From Octopus vulgaris (taxonomy: Eukaryota), in the NCBI GenBank assembly GCA_951406725.2, contig OX597815.1:185008001-185072000 (forward strand): 64,000 nucleotides of DNA, read 5' to 3'. The position numbers and the translations under genes were made by a program. Shown in pieces: positions 13,191 to 25,838 of this stretch; positions within the stretch are counted from its first letter, which is position 1, and every line of letters begins with the position of its first letter. The notes under the pieces are model-generated. The model saw only the letters and a list, made by a program, of their open reading frames with translations. It was not told the origin of the DNA and did no database searches.

Positions 13191-14001
13191 GATGGGAGAG
13201 AAAATTTTAAGAGATTTATATATGTATGTATCTTCAATAAATTAGACGTATAAATACACACATGCGTATATACACATAGTAGAACAGTAGTACAGAATTG
13301 ATGGCAAATCAATACACAGTTGCACATTTATAGTTTGTTTAAATCGAATTGTTACATGAGTGTTTTAAAAGCCGCTCACAGATTCAAAGGCACTAATACA
13401 ATAAAATATAATGATTAGTTTTTCGGGAAAATGGTAATTTACTTCATTATATACGTAATAAATATCAAACGAAATTAACAGAATCTACAATGAAATGTCA
13501 TTATTTGAAACTATAAAGAAAATGTTAATTATATGATACCGTTTGCATAACAGAATCAATTCTAAATCACTGTTTGCTTTTAAATAAATTTAATGTATAC
13601 CAAGAGAATTGGTTAACCAACATATTGAGAATGGCTGTAATATTTTCACATGGAAGTGAGCATTGTTATATCGTTAAACACAACGTCTGTTTCTGAGTCC
13701 ACATGTTAACGTAGTTTTACATGCTCCGCCACCACGACATATTCACTCAAACAAACCCGTATTTGTGCCATTATTATCGATAATTGCACGAAATTGTAAT
13801 GGTATGTGGGCGATAACTGATGAGGGATGAGCGTGTCGTAGGATTTGCGTATGTTTCCATTGTGTTCCTTTGTCGCCTTTCTATGCAACATTTTTATTTT
13901 ATTGTTATATATATATATGTATGAGTGTGTCTATGAGTATGTGTGTGTGTGCGCGCGTGTATGATGGTGTGTTTGCTTTTGCCTGCGTGTATGTGTGTGT
14001 A

Positions 14002-14321
14002 TTTGTAAGCCCAGTACTTATTCTATCGGTCGCTTTTGCCGAACAGCTAAGTGACGGGGACGTAAACACACCAGCATCGGTTGTCAAGCAATGCTAGGGG
14101 GACAAACACAGACACACAAACATATACACACATACTTATATATATATATACATACATACGACAGGTTTCTTTCAGTTTCCGTCTACCAAATCCACTCACA
14201 AGGCATTGGTCGGCCCGGGGCTATAGCAGCAGACACTTGCCCAAGATGCCACGCAGTGGGACTGAACCCGGAACCATGTCGTTGGTTAGCAAGCTACTTA
14301 CCATACAGCCACTCCTGCGCC
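14002..14321 (-). mobile_element. SINE family B
   Basis: Reverse complement of the family B head and body; 3' end truncated. Confidence 0.85.
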
Positions 14322-14726
14322 TAAATAGCAAAATATTGCATTCCTATATTTTTCCATTATAAAATGAAACCATTTTCGCTGACACATTCGATTCGCTGAG
14401 AATGTGTAGGATTGCAATGTTTACTACCATATAAATTCTCATAATATGCAATGAATCTATAATGAAGCAGATATGTAAATTTGAAAGTCGAATCTCCTTA
14501 AATTGAAAGATAAATTTCTATTCAGCAATTATGCACAAGGGATGGCTATTAAATTATATAGGAGTAGAGATGTTACAGCTGTTATCTATTAGCGTGGTGC
14601 ATGAGCAATAAACAAGTAATGTAGTTTCAGAATCGCTGAAGAGAAGGGTTAACTATTTGCGTATTTTTATATATATATATAAAATTAGCTAGGTTAGTGC
14701 TGACAGTCTTATAGCTCTTCCTTAAT

Positions 14727-15026
14727 GAAGGCACATGGCTAAATGGTTAGTGTATTCAGTTCACGATCTTAAAGTTGTGAGTTCAATTCCCGGCGAAGCG
14801 TTCTGCTATTTATTTCACGTTACGCCAGTCCACTCAGCTGGCAAAAATTGGTACCAGCTGTACATCAAGGCCAGCCTGGTAACATTGTGTATCTTCTAGA
14901 GAGCTACGTGTGTGTGTGTCTGTGTGTCTGTGGAGTGCTTAGTCACTTGCACGGGGATTTCACGAGCAGGATGTTCCGTTGCTCGGATCAACTGGAACAC
15001 TTGTCGTCGTAACCGACGGAATACCA
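14727..15026 (+). mobile_element. SINE family C
   Basis: Head GAAGGCACATGGCT..GTGAGTTCAATTCCCGGCG; tail GTCGTAACCGACGGA. Confidence 0.85.
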
Positions 15027-15406
15027 GTTGATAGCCCATCCGAGTCGAGTTTGATAGATGCTGTTTAAAGGTCCAAGTATGAATTAAAGACGTTTTGAGA
15101 AAGAATTGCAGAGGACCAACATTTCAGAAAGAAGTAGCCAGGCGTGTTGGTTAGCTTGAACTAGCTAACCACATCAACATGAACGCATCATTCAAAATAA
15201 TGCCAAAATATTGTCTGTATTTACCTGGGACTATACCTAAGTTTGTATACCTTCACGGAAGTACGGACCAACCTCCATGCCCTCAGGAAAAAGATGAACT
15301 GTAAACTTTATTCTGTATTCTACCTACTTTTAATCTTTATTCTCCTACTTCATTCCTTATAATCTGTGAATTTCCCTGTCTAAAACTTTCATACAAACTT
15401 ATCATA

Positions 15407-15480
15407 TCTCAGATGACGGAGTACCCAGTGTACAGACATGCTAGCCTAATACTTGGAGTATTCTAGAAACAGTTGTAAGA
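15407..15480 (+). ncRNA. Degenerate minimal hammerhead-like motif in a PLE-like module (about 15290-15570)
   Basis: TCT-CAGATGA-c-GGAGTAC...GTATTCT-a-GAAA-CAGTTG-TA-AGA; one core mismatch. Confidence 0.5.
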
Positions 15481-15761
15481 CTTCGAATTCACCTTATCCT
15501 AATTAAATTATCATAATTGAATTGAGATACACGTCCTACCTTGGTTTTTGCTGCCATTTTCCTCTAATATATACCTGCTAACTCAGAAGCCTAATACGGA
15601 TCCCTAGCTCCTGCCTCAGTGTGAGCTTGGAACGTAACGGATGAAAAATTATAGCACTTGCTTAGCGTACCTATTCGTTTAGATCACCTGTGAATTAAAC
15701 CCCACATATTGTTTATATATATATATATATGTATATGTATATATATATATGTATATGTATA

Positions 15762-15807
<46 letters not shown>

Positions 15808-16040
15808 TATATGTATATATATGTATATGTATATATATGTATTTGTATATGTATATATATGTATATGGATATATATGTATATGTATATATATATGTATAT
15901 ATATATATGTATATGTATATATATGTATATGTAGATATATATGTATATATATATGTATATATATATATATGTATATGTATATATATGTGTATGTATATAT
16001 GTATATGTATATATATGTGTATGTATATATATATATGTAT

Positions 16041-16082
<42 letters not shown>

Positions 16083-16098
16083 GAATATATGTATATGC

Positions 16099-16139
<41 letters not shown>

Positions 16140-16142
<3 letters not shown>

Positions 16143-16517
16143 TATAGGATAAATTTTTTTTCGAGAAAAAAATTTTATCAATGGCCAGCATATCAAAAAA
16201 TGCCTTTAAAGGTAAAATTTATACATAATTTACAAGATAAGGGCAGAAGAAAAATTCTAATGCCAAATATGCCGAAACAAAAATTGTTGATAACCATTAT
16301 AATTTATGCGTCTCGAAACAAACAGATAGAAATCTCTAAAAAATTCATTATTACTGTATTGGTCCAATTTCGGGGATAATTCATAAGAAATTTTCCTCTT
16401 TTCAGCGGCAAATACGCGAGATATAGATGAAATACTTACTCAAAATTATAATGGTCATCAACAATTTTTTGTTTCGGCATATTTGGCATTAGAATTTTTC
16501 TTCTGCCATTATCTTGT

Positions 16518-16525
<8 letters not shown>
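16140..16525. mobile_element. Fold-back module between TA tracts with hammerhead-like motif in the spacer
   Basis: About 16227-16305 is the reverse complement of about 16443-16523. Minus strand 16405-16362 reads CTGAAAA-GAGGAAAATT-loop-AATTATCCCC-GAAA-TTGGAC. Confidence 0.7.
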
Positions 16526-16582
<57 letters not shown>

Positions 16583-16629
16583 GTATATGAATATATCAAA
16601 TAAAATCAAAAACAAAAGACAAAGGATAT

Positions 16630-16721
16630 CGCGGTACACGTGTTTCAAGCTATATAAACGCCCCTTTCTTGCATCAGTGTATAATTGATATAAAAGATGG
16701 TTAAGAGCTCTCTTCAGCCGC
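16630..16721 (-). ncRNA. Type I minimal hammerhead ribozyme candidate, intact core, long loop II
   Basis: Minus strand GCGG-CTGAAGA-GAGCT-(about 55 nt)-AGCTT-GAAA-CACGTG-TA-CCGC: stem I GCGG/CCGC, palindromic stem III, GUA site. Confidence 0.7.
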
Positions 16722-16789
16722 AAACATTGTTATTCCAAAGAGTTATATATGTATATGTATATATATATGTATATATATATATGTATATA

Positions 16790-16834
<45 letters not shown>

Positions 16835-17370
16835 ATAAAACGGTAAGATAACAAAAGAAAGAAAGAGACCTCAATATTATGTAAATAGAGGAAATTTATC
16901 TATACAATATGTTACATTACTCGGTAGTCAAGATAAAACTCTGAGTTTCAGATGCCGAAGTGGAAATCCACAACACCATCTCTTCGGTTATCTGGTTATT
17001 TGAAAACGTTATGAAAAAATACCGTTAAAAATGAAGGGAAATTACTCTGTTATAACTCTGCTTTGCCTGCGTACTTATACATCGCTCGCATTTTTCGTCA
17101 TAAAAATTATATAAAAATACATAAAAATATATAAAAATATATAAAAATATAAAATCTTCTTGGGACATAACACAGAAAGCATGTTCTATCCGTTTTCTTT
17201 AGGGGACCAAAAACGTAACAGAAATTTAGTCACATGTGGGCATGATCCGAAAAGCTCTGTCCTTGTATTTAGACATGTGGTAGGGTCTAAGCTGGTTTTC
17301 CAGATAAGCCATCTCTCCATGTCGCATAAACCGCACCTTCCGCTGCCGTTAGTGTAGGGCTTACAGCGTT

Positions 17371-18144
17371 GCCCCAGTTTATAATAAAGCTTTAAAAGAT
17401 AGTGGTTTTAGCGAAAAAATAAAATATACACCTATCACCAGCCCAACAGTAAGGAAAAGGAATAATAGAAATAGGAAGGTCATCTGGTTTACGCCCCCTT
17501 ACTCACCCGAGGTGGCCTTCAATATAGGTAAATATTTCCTAGCACTGATAGATAGACATTTTCCAGTTAACCATGCTTATAGGAAACTCTTCAATAGACA
17601 CAATTTAAAAATTAGTTTTAGTTCAACTACCAATTTTAAAAACATAATCAATCATAACATACAAAAAACACAAGAAGAAAACAGCTGTTCATGCAGAAAT
17701 AAAGAATTGTGCCCGCTAAATGGAGCTTGCATGTCCAAGACCATCATATATGAAGCTACCGTAAACTCTATAACCACTAAAGACACCGTTTCGACGAAGA
17801 AATACGTGGGCCTGACAGAGGGTAATTTCAAGGCCAGGTTCAATAACCACACTTTGAGCTTTAGGCACTGGAACAAAAGAAAAGCGACACAATTATCCAA
17901 TCATATTTGGTCTTTAAGAGATAAAGGTGTCGATTATAACATACAATGGAAGATTTTGGCCAGATGTAAGCCCTACACTAACGGCAGCGGAAGGTGCGGT
18001 TTATGCGACATGGAGAGATGGCTTATCTGGAAAACCAGCTTAGACCCTACCACATGTCTAAATACAAGGACAGAGCTTTTCGGATCATGCCCACATGTGA
18101 CTAAATTTCTGTTACGTTTTTGGTCCCCTAAAGAAAACGGATAG
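17371..18144 (+). CDS. C-terminal part of PLE ORF: linker plus GIY-YIG endonuclease (5'-truncated, no native start)
   Basis: Open frame from APVYNKALKDSGF through VIWFTPPYS, CSCRNKELCPLNGAC, IIYEATV, YVGLTEGNFKARFNNH, LSNHIW, RCGLC, LNTRTE and SCPH. Confidence 0.85.
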   Translation, partial: APVYNKALKDSGFSEKIKYTPITSPTVRKRNNRNRKVIWFTPPYSPEVAFNIGKYFLALIDRHFPVNHAYRKLFNRHNLKISFSSTTNFKNIINHNIQKTQEENSCSCRNKELCPLNGACMSKTIIYEATVNSITTKDTVSTKKYVGLTEGNFKARFNNHTLSFRHWNKRKATQLSNHIWSLRDKGVDYNIQWKILARCKPYTNGSGRCGLCDMERWLIWKTSLDPTTCLNTRTELFGSCPHVTKFLLRFWSPKENG

Positions 18145-18336
18145 AACATGCTTTCTGTGTTATGTCCCAAGAAGATTTTATATTTTTATATATTTTTATA
18201 TATTTTTATGTATTTTTATATAATTTTTATGACGAAAAATGCGAGCGATGTATAAGTACGCAGGCAAAGCAGAGTTATAACAGAGTAATTTCCCTTCATT
18301 TTTAACGGTATTTTTTCATAACGTTTTCAAATAGCC

Positions 18337-18399
18337 AGATAACCGAAGAGATGGTGTTGTGGATTTCCACTTCGGCATCTGAAACTCAGAGTTTTATCT
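18337..18399 (+). ncRNA. Hammerhead-like motif in the PLE 3' pseudo-LTR (mirror copy on the minus strand near 16931-16993)
   Basis: AGATAA-CCGAAGA-GATG...CATC-t-GAAA-CTCaGAG-TT-TTATCT; 6-bp stem I; CCGA core variant. Confidence 0.6.
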
Positions 18400-18421
18400 T
18401 GACTACCGAGTAATGTAACAT

Positions 18422-18490
<69 letters not shown>

Positions 18491-18499
18491 TATATATAC

Positions 18500-18604
<105 letters not shown>

Positions 18605-18867
18605 CATACACATATGTTTCACGTTATTACTAGTTCACATTGTGTAGAGCAGACAGATAATAGGCATAAATCATTTGAAGGAACGCATCACCAACTCCTT
18701 TGCACAATTATCACCAGATGTGCAATTTCGAGTTCACAATGAGTGAGGTAAACGTATTGCAATGTATAACCGAAACAATGGTAACCATTTAGAGCTTTTT
18801 AATTTAAAAACCAACTGGTCTTATAAACTGTTTCTATTAAAATGATGAATTGTTCCTATGTATGGCA

Positions 18868-18897
<30 letters not shown>

Positions 18898-18901
<4 letters not shown>

Positions 18902-19093
18902 GAATAAATAAATAAATGGAGTTGAACGAAGATGTTAATTAAATTCCTTTACTTTCGACATATGTTTCGAAGACAACATGGTTTTATTCCAAAGGAATAA
19001 CAATGTTGTCTTCGAAACATATGTCGAAAGTAAAGGAATTTTATTAACATCTTCGTTCAACTCCATTTATTTATTTATTTATTTATTCATATA
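18898..19093. mobile_element. About 195-bp near-perfect palindrome in (TA)n carrying the 3' half of a hammerhead
   Basis: Arms of about 93 bp around TTATTCC-AAA-GGAATAA. GAAA-CATATG-TC is present on both strands (19014-19025 and its mirror). Confidence 0.8.
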
Positions 19094-19526
19094 TAACACA
19101 CACATTTCTACACATGAACCCGGAGTTTCTACCTTTGGATAGGTCGCTTCAACCGTGTTTCTGACGTGAATATGCTACCGGTTCATCGAATTTTCCATGT
19201 TGACGGTAAACATAGGATAATTCCTTCACCCATCGATATATATATATATGTTTATATATATATAATAGCAGTTAAAAACCGCTATTAACACCTGTAGTAT
19301 AGCGTGTTATTCTCAGAGATTATAAGGTTGTAATAGGGGATTTTAGCTTCTATTTATTGATTTATTGCAGTGCGTGGTGAGGTGTAAAGCCGATCCCTTG
19401 TTATAATTATATAATTATGAAATATTTTGCCAAATTTTACCTATGTGGGTTTTTTTTCATTTCCACACTGACAACCTAGTAAAATCATTACTGATTTTAC
19501 CCTTTTATTATATATATATATATATA

Positions 19527-19690
19527 TCACCTTGCTCACCTTGACCGCCCAGTCCGTCGGGCGTCCATTTGGCACCGCTGGTCACAACACGCTGTCCACT
19601 CCTCCCTGGATCGCGCTTTTCTCATCCACGTGATCCCAAGCATTAACCCTTTCCATAGCTCTTTGAGCCGTTAACAGTCTCTGCTTTTCT
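19527..19690 (-). mobile_element. Probable RTE-like LINE 3' end fragment
   Basis: Minus strand encodes ITWMRKARSREEWTACCDQR, resembling RTE C-termini, followed by short GGTCAA/GGTGA repeats. Confidence 0.45.
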
Positions 19691-19718
19691 CTCTTTATAT
19701 ATATATATATATATTTAT

Positions 19719-19895
19719 AGACAAAAGGATTAAGTCGATTTTATGGACCCCAGTGCGTAACTGGTACTTAATTTATCGACCCCGAAAGGATCAAAGGTAA
19801 AGTCGACCTTAGCGGTATTTGAACTCAGAACGTAGCGGCAGACGAAATACTGCTAAGCATTTCGCCCGGCGTGCTAACGTTTCTGCCAGTTCGCC
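19719..19895 (-). mobile_element. SINE family A
   Basis: Family head and core on the minus strand. Confidence 0.85.
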
Positions 19896-20643
19896 GTCTG
19901 TATGTGGTTATATTGAACTATAAAAATATGAGAGTTTGAATATTTTACAATATAACTGTTCTACTGGGAAACATTGGAAGAATAAATTATTTTCTACCTC
20001 CTATATCATTTAAAAAAATCAGACTATCTTCTCGAAAATATGATTTATGCATGAGGAATCTTAATGGCTGCAGTATTCCAATATATAAATATTTTCTGGT
20101 ATTTTCCTCTACTTAAAATAATGTAAATGTAAATTGAGCGTCAAGTGTGAGAGAATGTGAGAAAGCGAATGAGAGAGAAAGAGAATTATTGTGTGATAGA
20201 AAGAGAAAGAAAAGCCTGCAAAATGTGTGACATAAATTGAAGAAGAGATTAAAAAAAGTAGAGAGTCTGACGTGAGAACTGACGTAGTGTTTTCATAAGT
20301 CACACTAATAACTCTACTTAAGTATCACTCCATTACACCTCTTAGTCTTTTATGAATTCTTAATGAACACTCCTCGTTGTCCTCCATGGGACATTGGCTC
20401 CGGCATATTTTTTATGATGCATTATTCAGGGGTGATTTTCGAGCTGTGTTCATTATTTGAAATAATTCATAGAGAAAAGCGATGTTTACTGATGGCAAAC
20501 AAAAAACTTCCATACTTATGGATAGAAATTCTCTACGACTGCAGGTTCTTGAGTCTTAAGAATTTTGTAAACTAGAGAAATGGCGTGAAATAATTCATTT
20601 GTGGAACAAATTTTTGAATAATAGCTTGTAAATATTGTGATTT

Positions 20644-20950
20644 GTGGAGGCGCAATGGCCCAGTGGTTAGGGCAGCGGACTCGCGGTCGGAGGATCGCGG
20701 TTTCGATTCCCAGACCGGGCGTAGTGTGTGTTTACTGAGCGAAAACACCTAAAAGCTCCACGAGGCTCAGGCAGGGGGTGGTCCCTGTTGTACTCTTTCG
20801 CCACAACTTTCTCTCACTCTATCTTCCTGTTTCTTGAGTAACGCTGCGATGGACTGCGTCCCGTCCAGCTGGGGGGGGGGGGGCACATATGCCACAGAAA
20901 CCGGGGAACCGGGCCCATGAGCCTGGTTAGGCTTGAAAAGGGCGTAAAAA
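20644..20950 (+). mobile_element. tRNA-derived SINE family D
   Basis: Head TGGCCCAGTGGTTAGGGCAGCGGACTCGCG..GGTTTCGATTCCC. Relatives at 22901, 41186 and 43141. Confidence 0.85.
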
Positions 20951-21104
20951 ATATTGTGCTGTACTTCGGGAACCAAATGTTCCATAAACGAATATGATCG
21001 GATGTGTGTGTGTGCATACATTTGTTACATAAGGTTTACACAATGTTTTTCAGTTAAACAACTTTTTAAAATAACGAATACAAATCGTATTTGTCTTAGC
21101 ATCG

Positions 21105-21480
21105 TGGCACTCCGTCGGTTACGACGACGAGGTTTCCATTTGATCCGATCAACGAAATAGCCTGCTCGAGAAATTAACGTGCAAGCGGCTGAGCACTCCA
21201 CAGACACCCGTAACGTAGATCTCGGGGAGATTCAGCATGACACAGCGTGTGACGAGGCTGGCCCTTTGAAAAACAGATATAACAGAAACAGGAAGAAAGA
21301 GTGAGAGAAAGTTGTGGTGGAAGAATACAGCAGGGTTCGCAACCACACCCCGCCGGAACGACGTGGAGCTTTAGGTGTTTTAGCTCAATTAACACTCACA
21401 ACGCCCGGTCTGGGAATCGAAACCGTGATCCTATGACCGCGAGTCCACTGCCATTGACCACTGGGACATTGCGCCTCGAC
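21105..21480 (-). mobile_element. Hybrid SINE: family D head and centre with family C tail
   Basis: Head matches 20644; tail matches 10668-10840. Same structure at 48547. Confidence 0.8.
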
Positions 21481-22102
21481 ACTCTTAGCACACATATTAA
21501 GGAACACTTTCGTAGTTACATTAAAAATCGGGAATTTGTGATTAATGTATATATTGCTCTGAGAGCAATATATTCCTTCAACTAATTATCATAAACACAA
21601 AAGTTATCGCTTTCGTCATATTCATTGAATATTTGACATACAGGAGCAGGAATAACACCAAGTCACTGATTATGTGTAAGAAATATACAAATATATAATT
21701 TTCTTTCTGATACATAAATTACAAGAATTATTAGAGTGTAATCTACCCAAATTTATCAGAAAACGACCTTGCACTCTATTGGTGGTCTGATACTTTACGG
21801 ATTTCAATTGTGAAATGTGAGAGAAATTACATTTTAACCGTAGGCCATTTATTTAACATTTATTTAACAAACTGATACTCTTTTCATAAAATCGATCGCT
21901 TAAATATATACAGTTTGTTTTTCGTTTAAAACTTGGCTACATTCATTGAGCTTTCATAGTGTTAGCTACCTTCTTTAGATGAAGTTATTTCATTTAGCTA
22001 TTCTCACCTTATAATACATCCGTTAGTTATTTTAATCTTATATTAAATAATTATTTACACATTTCTTTCGATTCCACGAGTTCTTCAACTTTCCCTTTAC
22101 AC

Positions 22103-22480
22103 ATTATTATTATTATTACACAATTGCCATTACAGGATGGTAGATAGTATTTTCTGCAGGTTATTAATGCGTATCTCACTTCTTACATCTTGAGCATCTT
22201 AAGTCTTGTGCCAATTGCACATATGACCGCAGGAACCATTTTACCTTACCTTAGTCTTCCACCATGTATTCATCTATCTCACTAGGTCGTCTTAATTCTT
22301 AATTTTCTTAATTTCTTTGGTTTTGTGAGGACCATAATCTTACACTGCTAGTTTTGTTTTCTTCTCTACGATTATATTTAATGCACTTGCTTCAATATTA
22401 AGGTCAGTCTTTATGGAGAAATGCCATGATATTCTGTCATTACCTTCTACGATTACAGTCTGAGACCATGAAATCTCTTC
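22103..22480 (-). mobile_element. Highly decayed R4/Dong-like LINE 3' region
   Basis: Minus strand ISWHFSIKTDLNIEAS..NIIVEKK and MVPAVICAIG parallel the [22 protein letters not shown] region at 63.8 kb. The 3' side abuts (TAA)n at 22103-22117. Confidence 0.5.
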
Positions 22481-22900
22481 TCGCTCCAACATTTTGGACT
22501 TTCTTTTTTCTTTCTCTTCTTGTATCTTTATAGAGTCTAAGTGTCTGTCCGGACATTTATAGACACAGGCTGTATTCTTTCTTCCCTACGTACAGTTTAT
22601 ATCTTTCGAAACCGCCTTCCTTTCATGTTAAGTAAAGGCTGTCCGTATTACTTTTAGTGAGCTACGCTTTGAGCATGGTAACCAAACGTCTAGTTTCCCT
22701 AACTAAATGCCAAGGTTTTGGTTTCATCTCCTGTAGGAGAGAAGTAGTGTGTCACAGCGAGAATATGGGGTATGTATTGATTGCTTCGTTTACATACTCT
22801 CCATTTGATTTGGTTGGGAGCAACTTCCAAATCGTTCTTTTCTGTTGTTTATAAACTTTCCCTTTCACTTCTCTTTCCATTATCTTATATCCTTCGACGT

Positions 22901-23147
22901 TTGTTCCTTCTCGAGCCATGCCTGGCTCATAAGGGCTGGTTTAGGTTTCCCACCTGGACGGGACGCCGGTCCGTCGCAGGTGAGCTGCAAGATGCAGGAG
23001 GAAAGAGAAAGAGAAAGTTATGGCGAAAGAGTCAGCAGAAGTTCACCATTACCTTCTGCCGGAGCCGCGTCGCCCGGTCTGAGATTCGAACCCACGATCC
23101 TTCGACTGCGAGTCCGCTGCTCTAACCACTAGGCCATGTACCTCCAT
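22901..23147 (-). mobile_element. SINE family D, internally deleted
   Basis: Homologous to the 41186 and 43141 copies. Confidence 0.85.
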
Positions 23148-24841
23148 CTTATCTCCTTACAGCACCACAAGGTACTTGTCTTCTTCATTTTCTCTCATCC
23201 TTCTAAGGATATCATCTTGTGGTACCTTCATAACATTACGTTTAATTTTTTCTGCCTCTCTTCATAACCGAAACTGCACAGTTATTTACCCAAATCTGCC
23301 CACCAATATTTCTGATAAATATTCTTGGCTCAGAGAAACCACGTTCTTCATTTTTCGCGTACAATTTGCCGGCATCTTTACAAAGCAGGCGATTTATTTT
23401 CACCTTCCTTTCAACATGCTTATAAGTAGGCTTAGAGTTTTTCAGTATGCTTTGCTGAGTCTTTGACCCAAAGACGAAAAATAATGTTTTGTCTTGTATT
23501 TTCGGTTTTCCTAATGATTCACATCCACACTAAGGTTCTTCTTCTTCTTCTTCTTCTTCCTATGACAAACAAACTATCAATCTTTTTACTGATATCGAGT
23601 ATTTTTGATGAGCACCGCGACAGTCAATAATGTGATGTATTTTCGTACGCTTTCTTGTAGTCTATGCAAGCAAGAGCTAAATTCTTCTGTCTTATTTGTG
23701 TCTGAGATTATGCCATCGATATACAACAGATCATTGATCCGTTGTGTATTACTCTTCTAATAATACTTCCCCCTCCTCCTCTCCTGCTCCTGCTGCTCCC
23801 CCTCCCCCTCCTTCTCGTCCTCGTCCTCCTCCTCCTCCTCATCATCATCATCATCGTTATCGTCGCGTATCTATAAAAATTCGTTCTGCCATTCTTTACA
23901 GTCATTCAAAATGAAAATGTTTGAATATTTTGGATTGATACTTGTGCGATTAGGGAATCGTTTGATAGGCTGAACATGATATTATCATAATTCGTAAAAT
24001 ATTAAGATGGCGGAAGGGGACACGCGCCCGTTCATTTGATGAGATGCGTTGCACTCTTAGAAAAAATTGATACAATTTTATCCGAATATGTTGAATGAAT
24101 TACTCTTGTCTTTTTTGCAAAATATGATGAATGATAAATGCAATGACTGTTTCTGTTTATGACAGTAACGATGCTTCATTTAGGGAAATATCAAGTTTAT
24201 ATAATATCAATCAAACAAGGTTTACTGAAATAGCAGTGGCATCGGCATACGAAAGCAGGTCAATGTTCAGAGTGATTAATCAATTCCATTATTGATAATC
24301 AATTGAATCTATAAATGGTGACACTATTCATATCAGATTCTGTTGCAGCTAATAGAGAAAGCACAACATTTCTGTTGATTATGCGAAGAAAGAAATTTCG
24401 TATTTTTGCAGCAGTACAGAATCGTACAGTTCGCCGGAAACAACTAACATAATCATAATAATGCATTTTTGATGATGGATGTCCAAACATCCATTTGTGC
24501 AGTGGATAGAAATATTCAAAATAACATCAGAACAGAAATACTAATTTCAGGAAATAGTTTCAATTGCAAAATATGAGGCATTCATTTAAATCCGGTTAGA
24601 TGGCTTTTGAAGCCTTTATTCGGTGAAAATATTAGCTAAAGATTACAAAGCAGTAATTAAGAATGCTTCATATTTCGATCAAAGGAAATAATTCTCTTGT
24701 CGAATGATTTCCTGAATCATTATATTCGTTATTAGAATGAGATACACTGCATAAAATGTAATATTTTTTGAAAATTCTAAACATGTTTATTTCTTTTATA
24801 AAGATTGCTTTGGATTAGATCTTTTATAATATAAAACACAA

Positions 24842-25283
24842 TACAGTAGAGAGTATCTGACCACATGACAATTGGCGTTTAGTGTCGACTCACTTATATT
24901 GAAAGCACAAATCCTCGTTGGTTCGCCGTTGTCCTTCATACTTCTATAATTTTCATGATCACTAACATTTGGCCTCCTAATTCCCCAGACCTTAATCCAT
25001 TGGACTATTACATGTGGAGTGGCGTTGAGAGAGAGAGAGGTCAATGAACATGGCCATAACACCATAGATTCTTTCAAAGCTGACATAGTCAGAGTAATGT
25101 CCCAAATGAACCGGGACCACATGATTCGAGAATGTACATGATTTAGATCTCATATGGAAGCAATTGTTGAAGCAGAAGGTGGCTTCATTGAATAACGTTA
25201 TAGAAAAGAAGGTTTATTTTTATCCTCGTAGCATTTTCTGATAAAGTTATTATTTGTTATATATCTGCTTTACCCACTCTGTA
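24842..25283 (+). mobile_element. Deleted Tc1/mariner (maT/DD37D-like) transposon remnant
   Basis: 24969-25194 encodes WPPNSPDLNPLDYYMWSGVER...MEAIVEAEGGFIE* with one frameshift. Right end ...CCCACTCTG-TA; left end uncertain. Confidence 0.75.
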
Positions 25284-25286
25284 TAT

Positions 25287-25595
<309 letters not shown>

Positions 25596-25608
25596 ACACA
25601 TATGCAAA

Positions 25609-25645
<37 letters not shown>

Positions 25646-25646
25646 G

Positions 25647-25677
<31 letters not shown>

Positions 25678-25782
25678 TCTTGCGTATATATGCATGTGAA
25701 TATATTTTATATATATATGCATATACACACACGCGCGCGCACTCACTCACACACACACACACCCACACATACACACAGACAT

Positions 25783-25838
<56 letters not shown>

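Larger units (their letters stand above)
16832..18427 (+). mobile_element. 5'-truncated Penelope-like element (Naiad-like) with inverted copy of its 3' end
   Basis: About 16903-17365 is a near-perfect reverse complement of about 17965-18427. GIY-YIG ORF between the arms; (TA)n on both sides. Confidence 0.9.

Noticed and set aside
13816-13850. CTGATGAG hammerhead-like start
   Set aside because: No stem II or downstream GAAA.
20644-20720. tRNA-like sequences at SINE heads
   Set aside because: They lack a complete acceptor stem and continue into SINE bodies; not tRNA genes.
24000-24760. Possible decayed MULE transposase (TTN..HPNI-like trace)
   Set aside because: Single weak motif, no open frame or termini.
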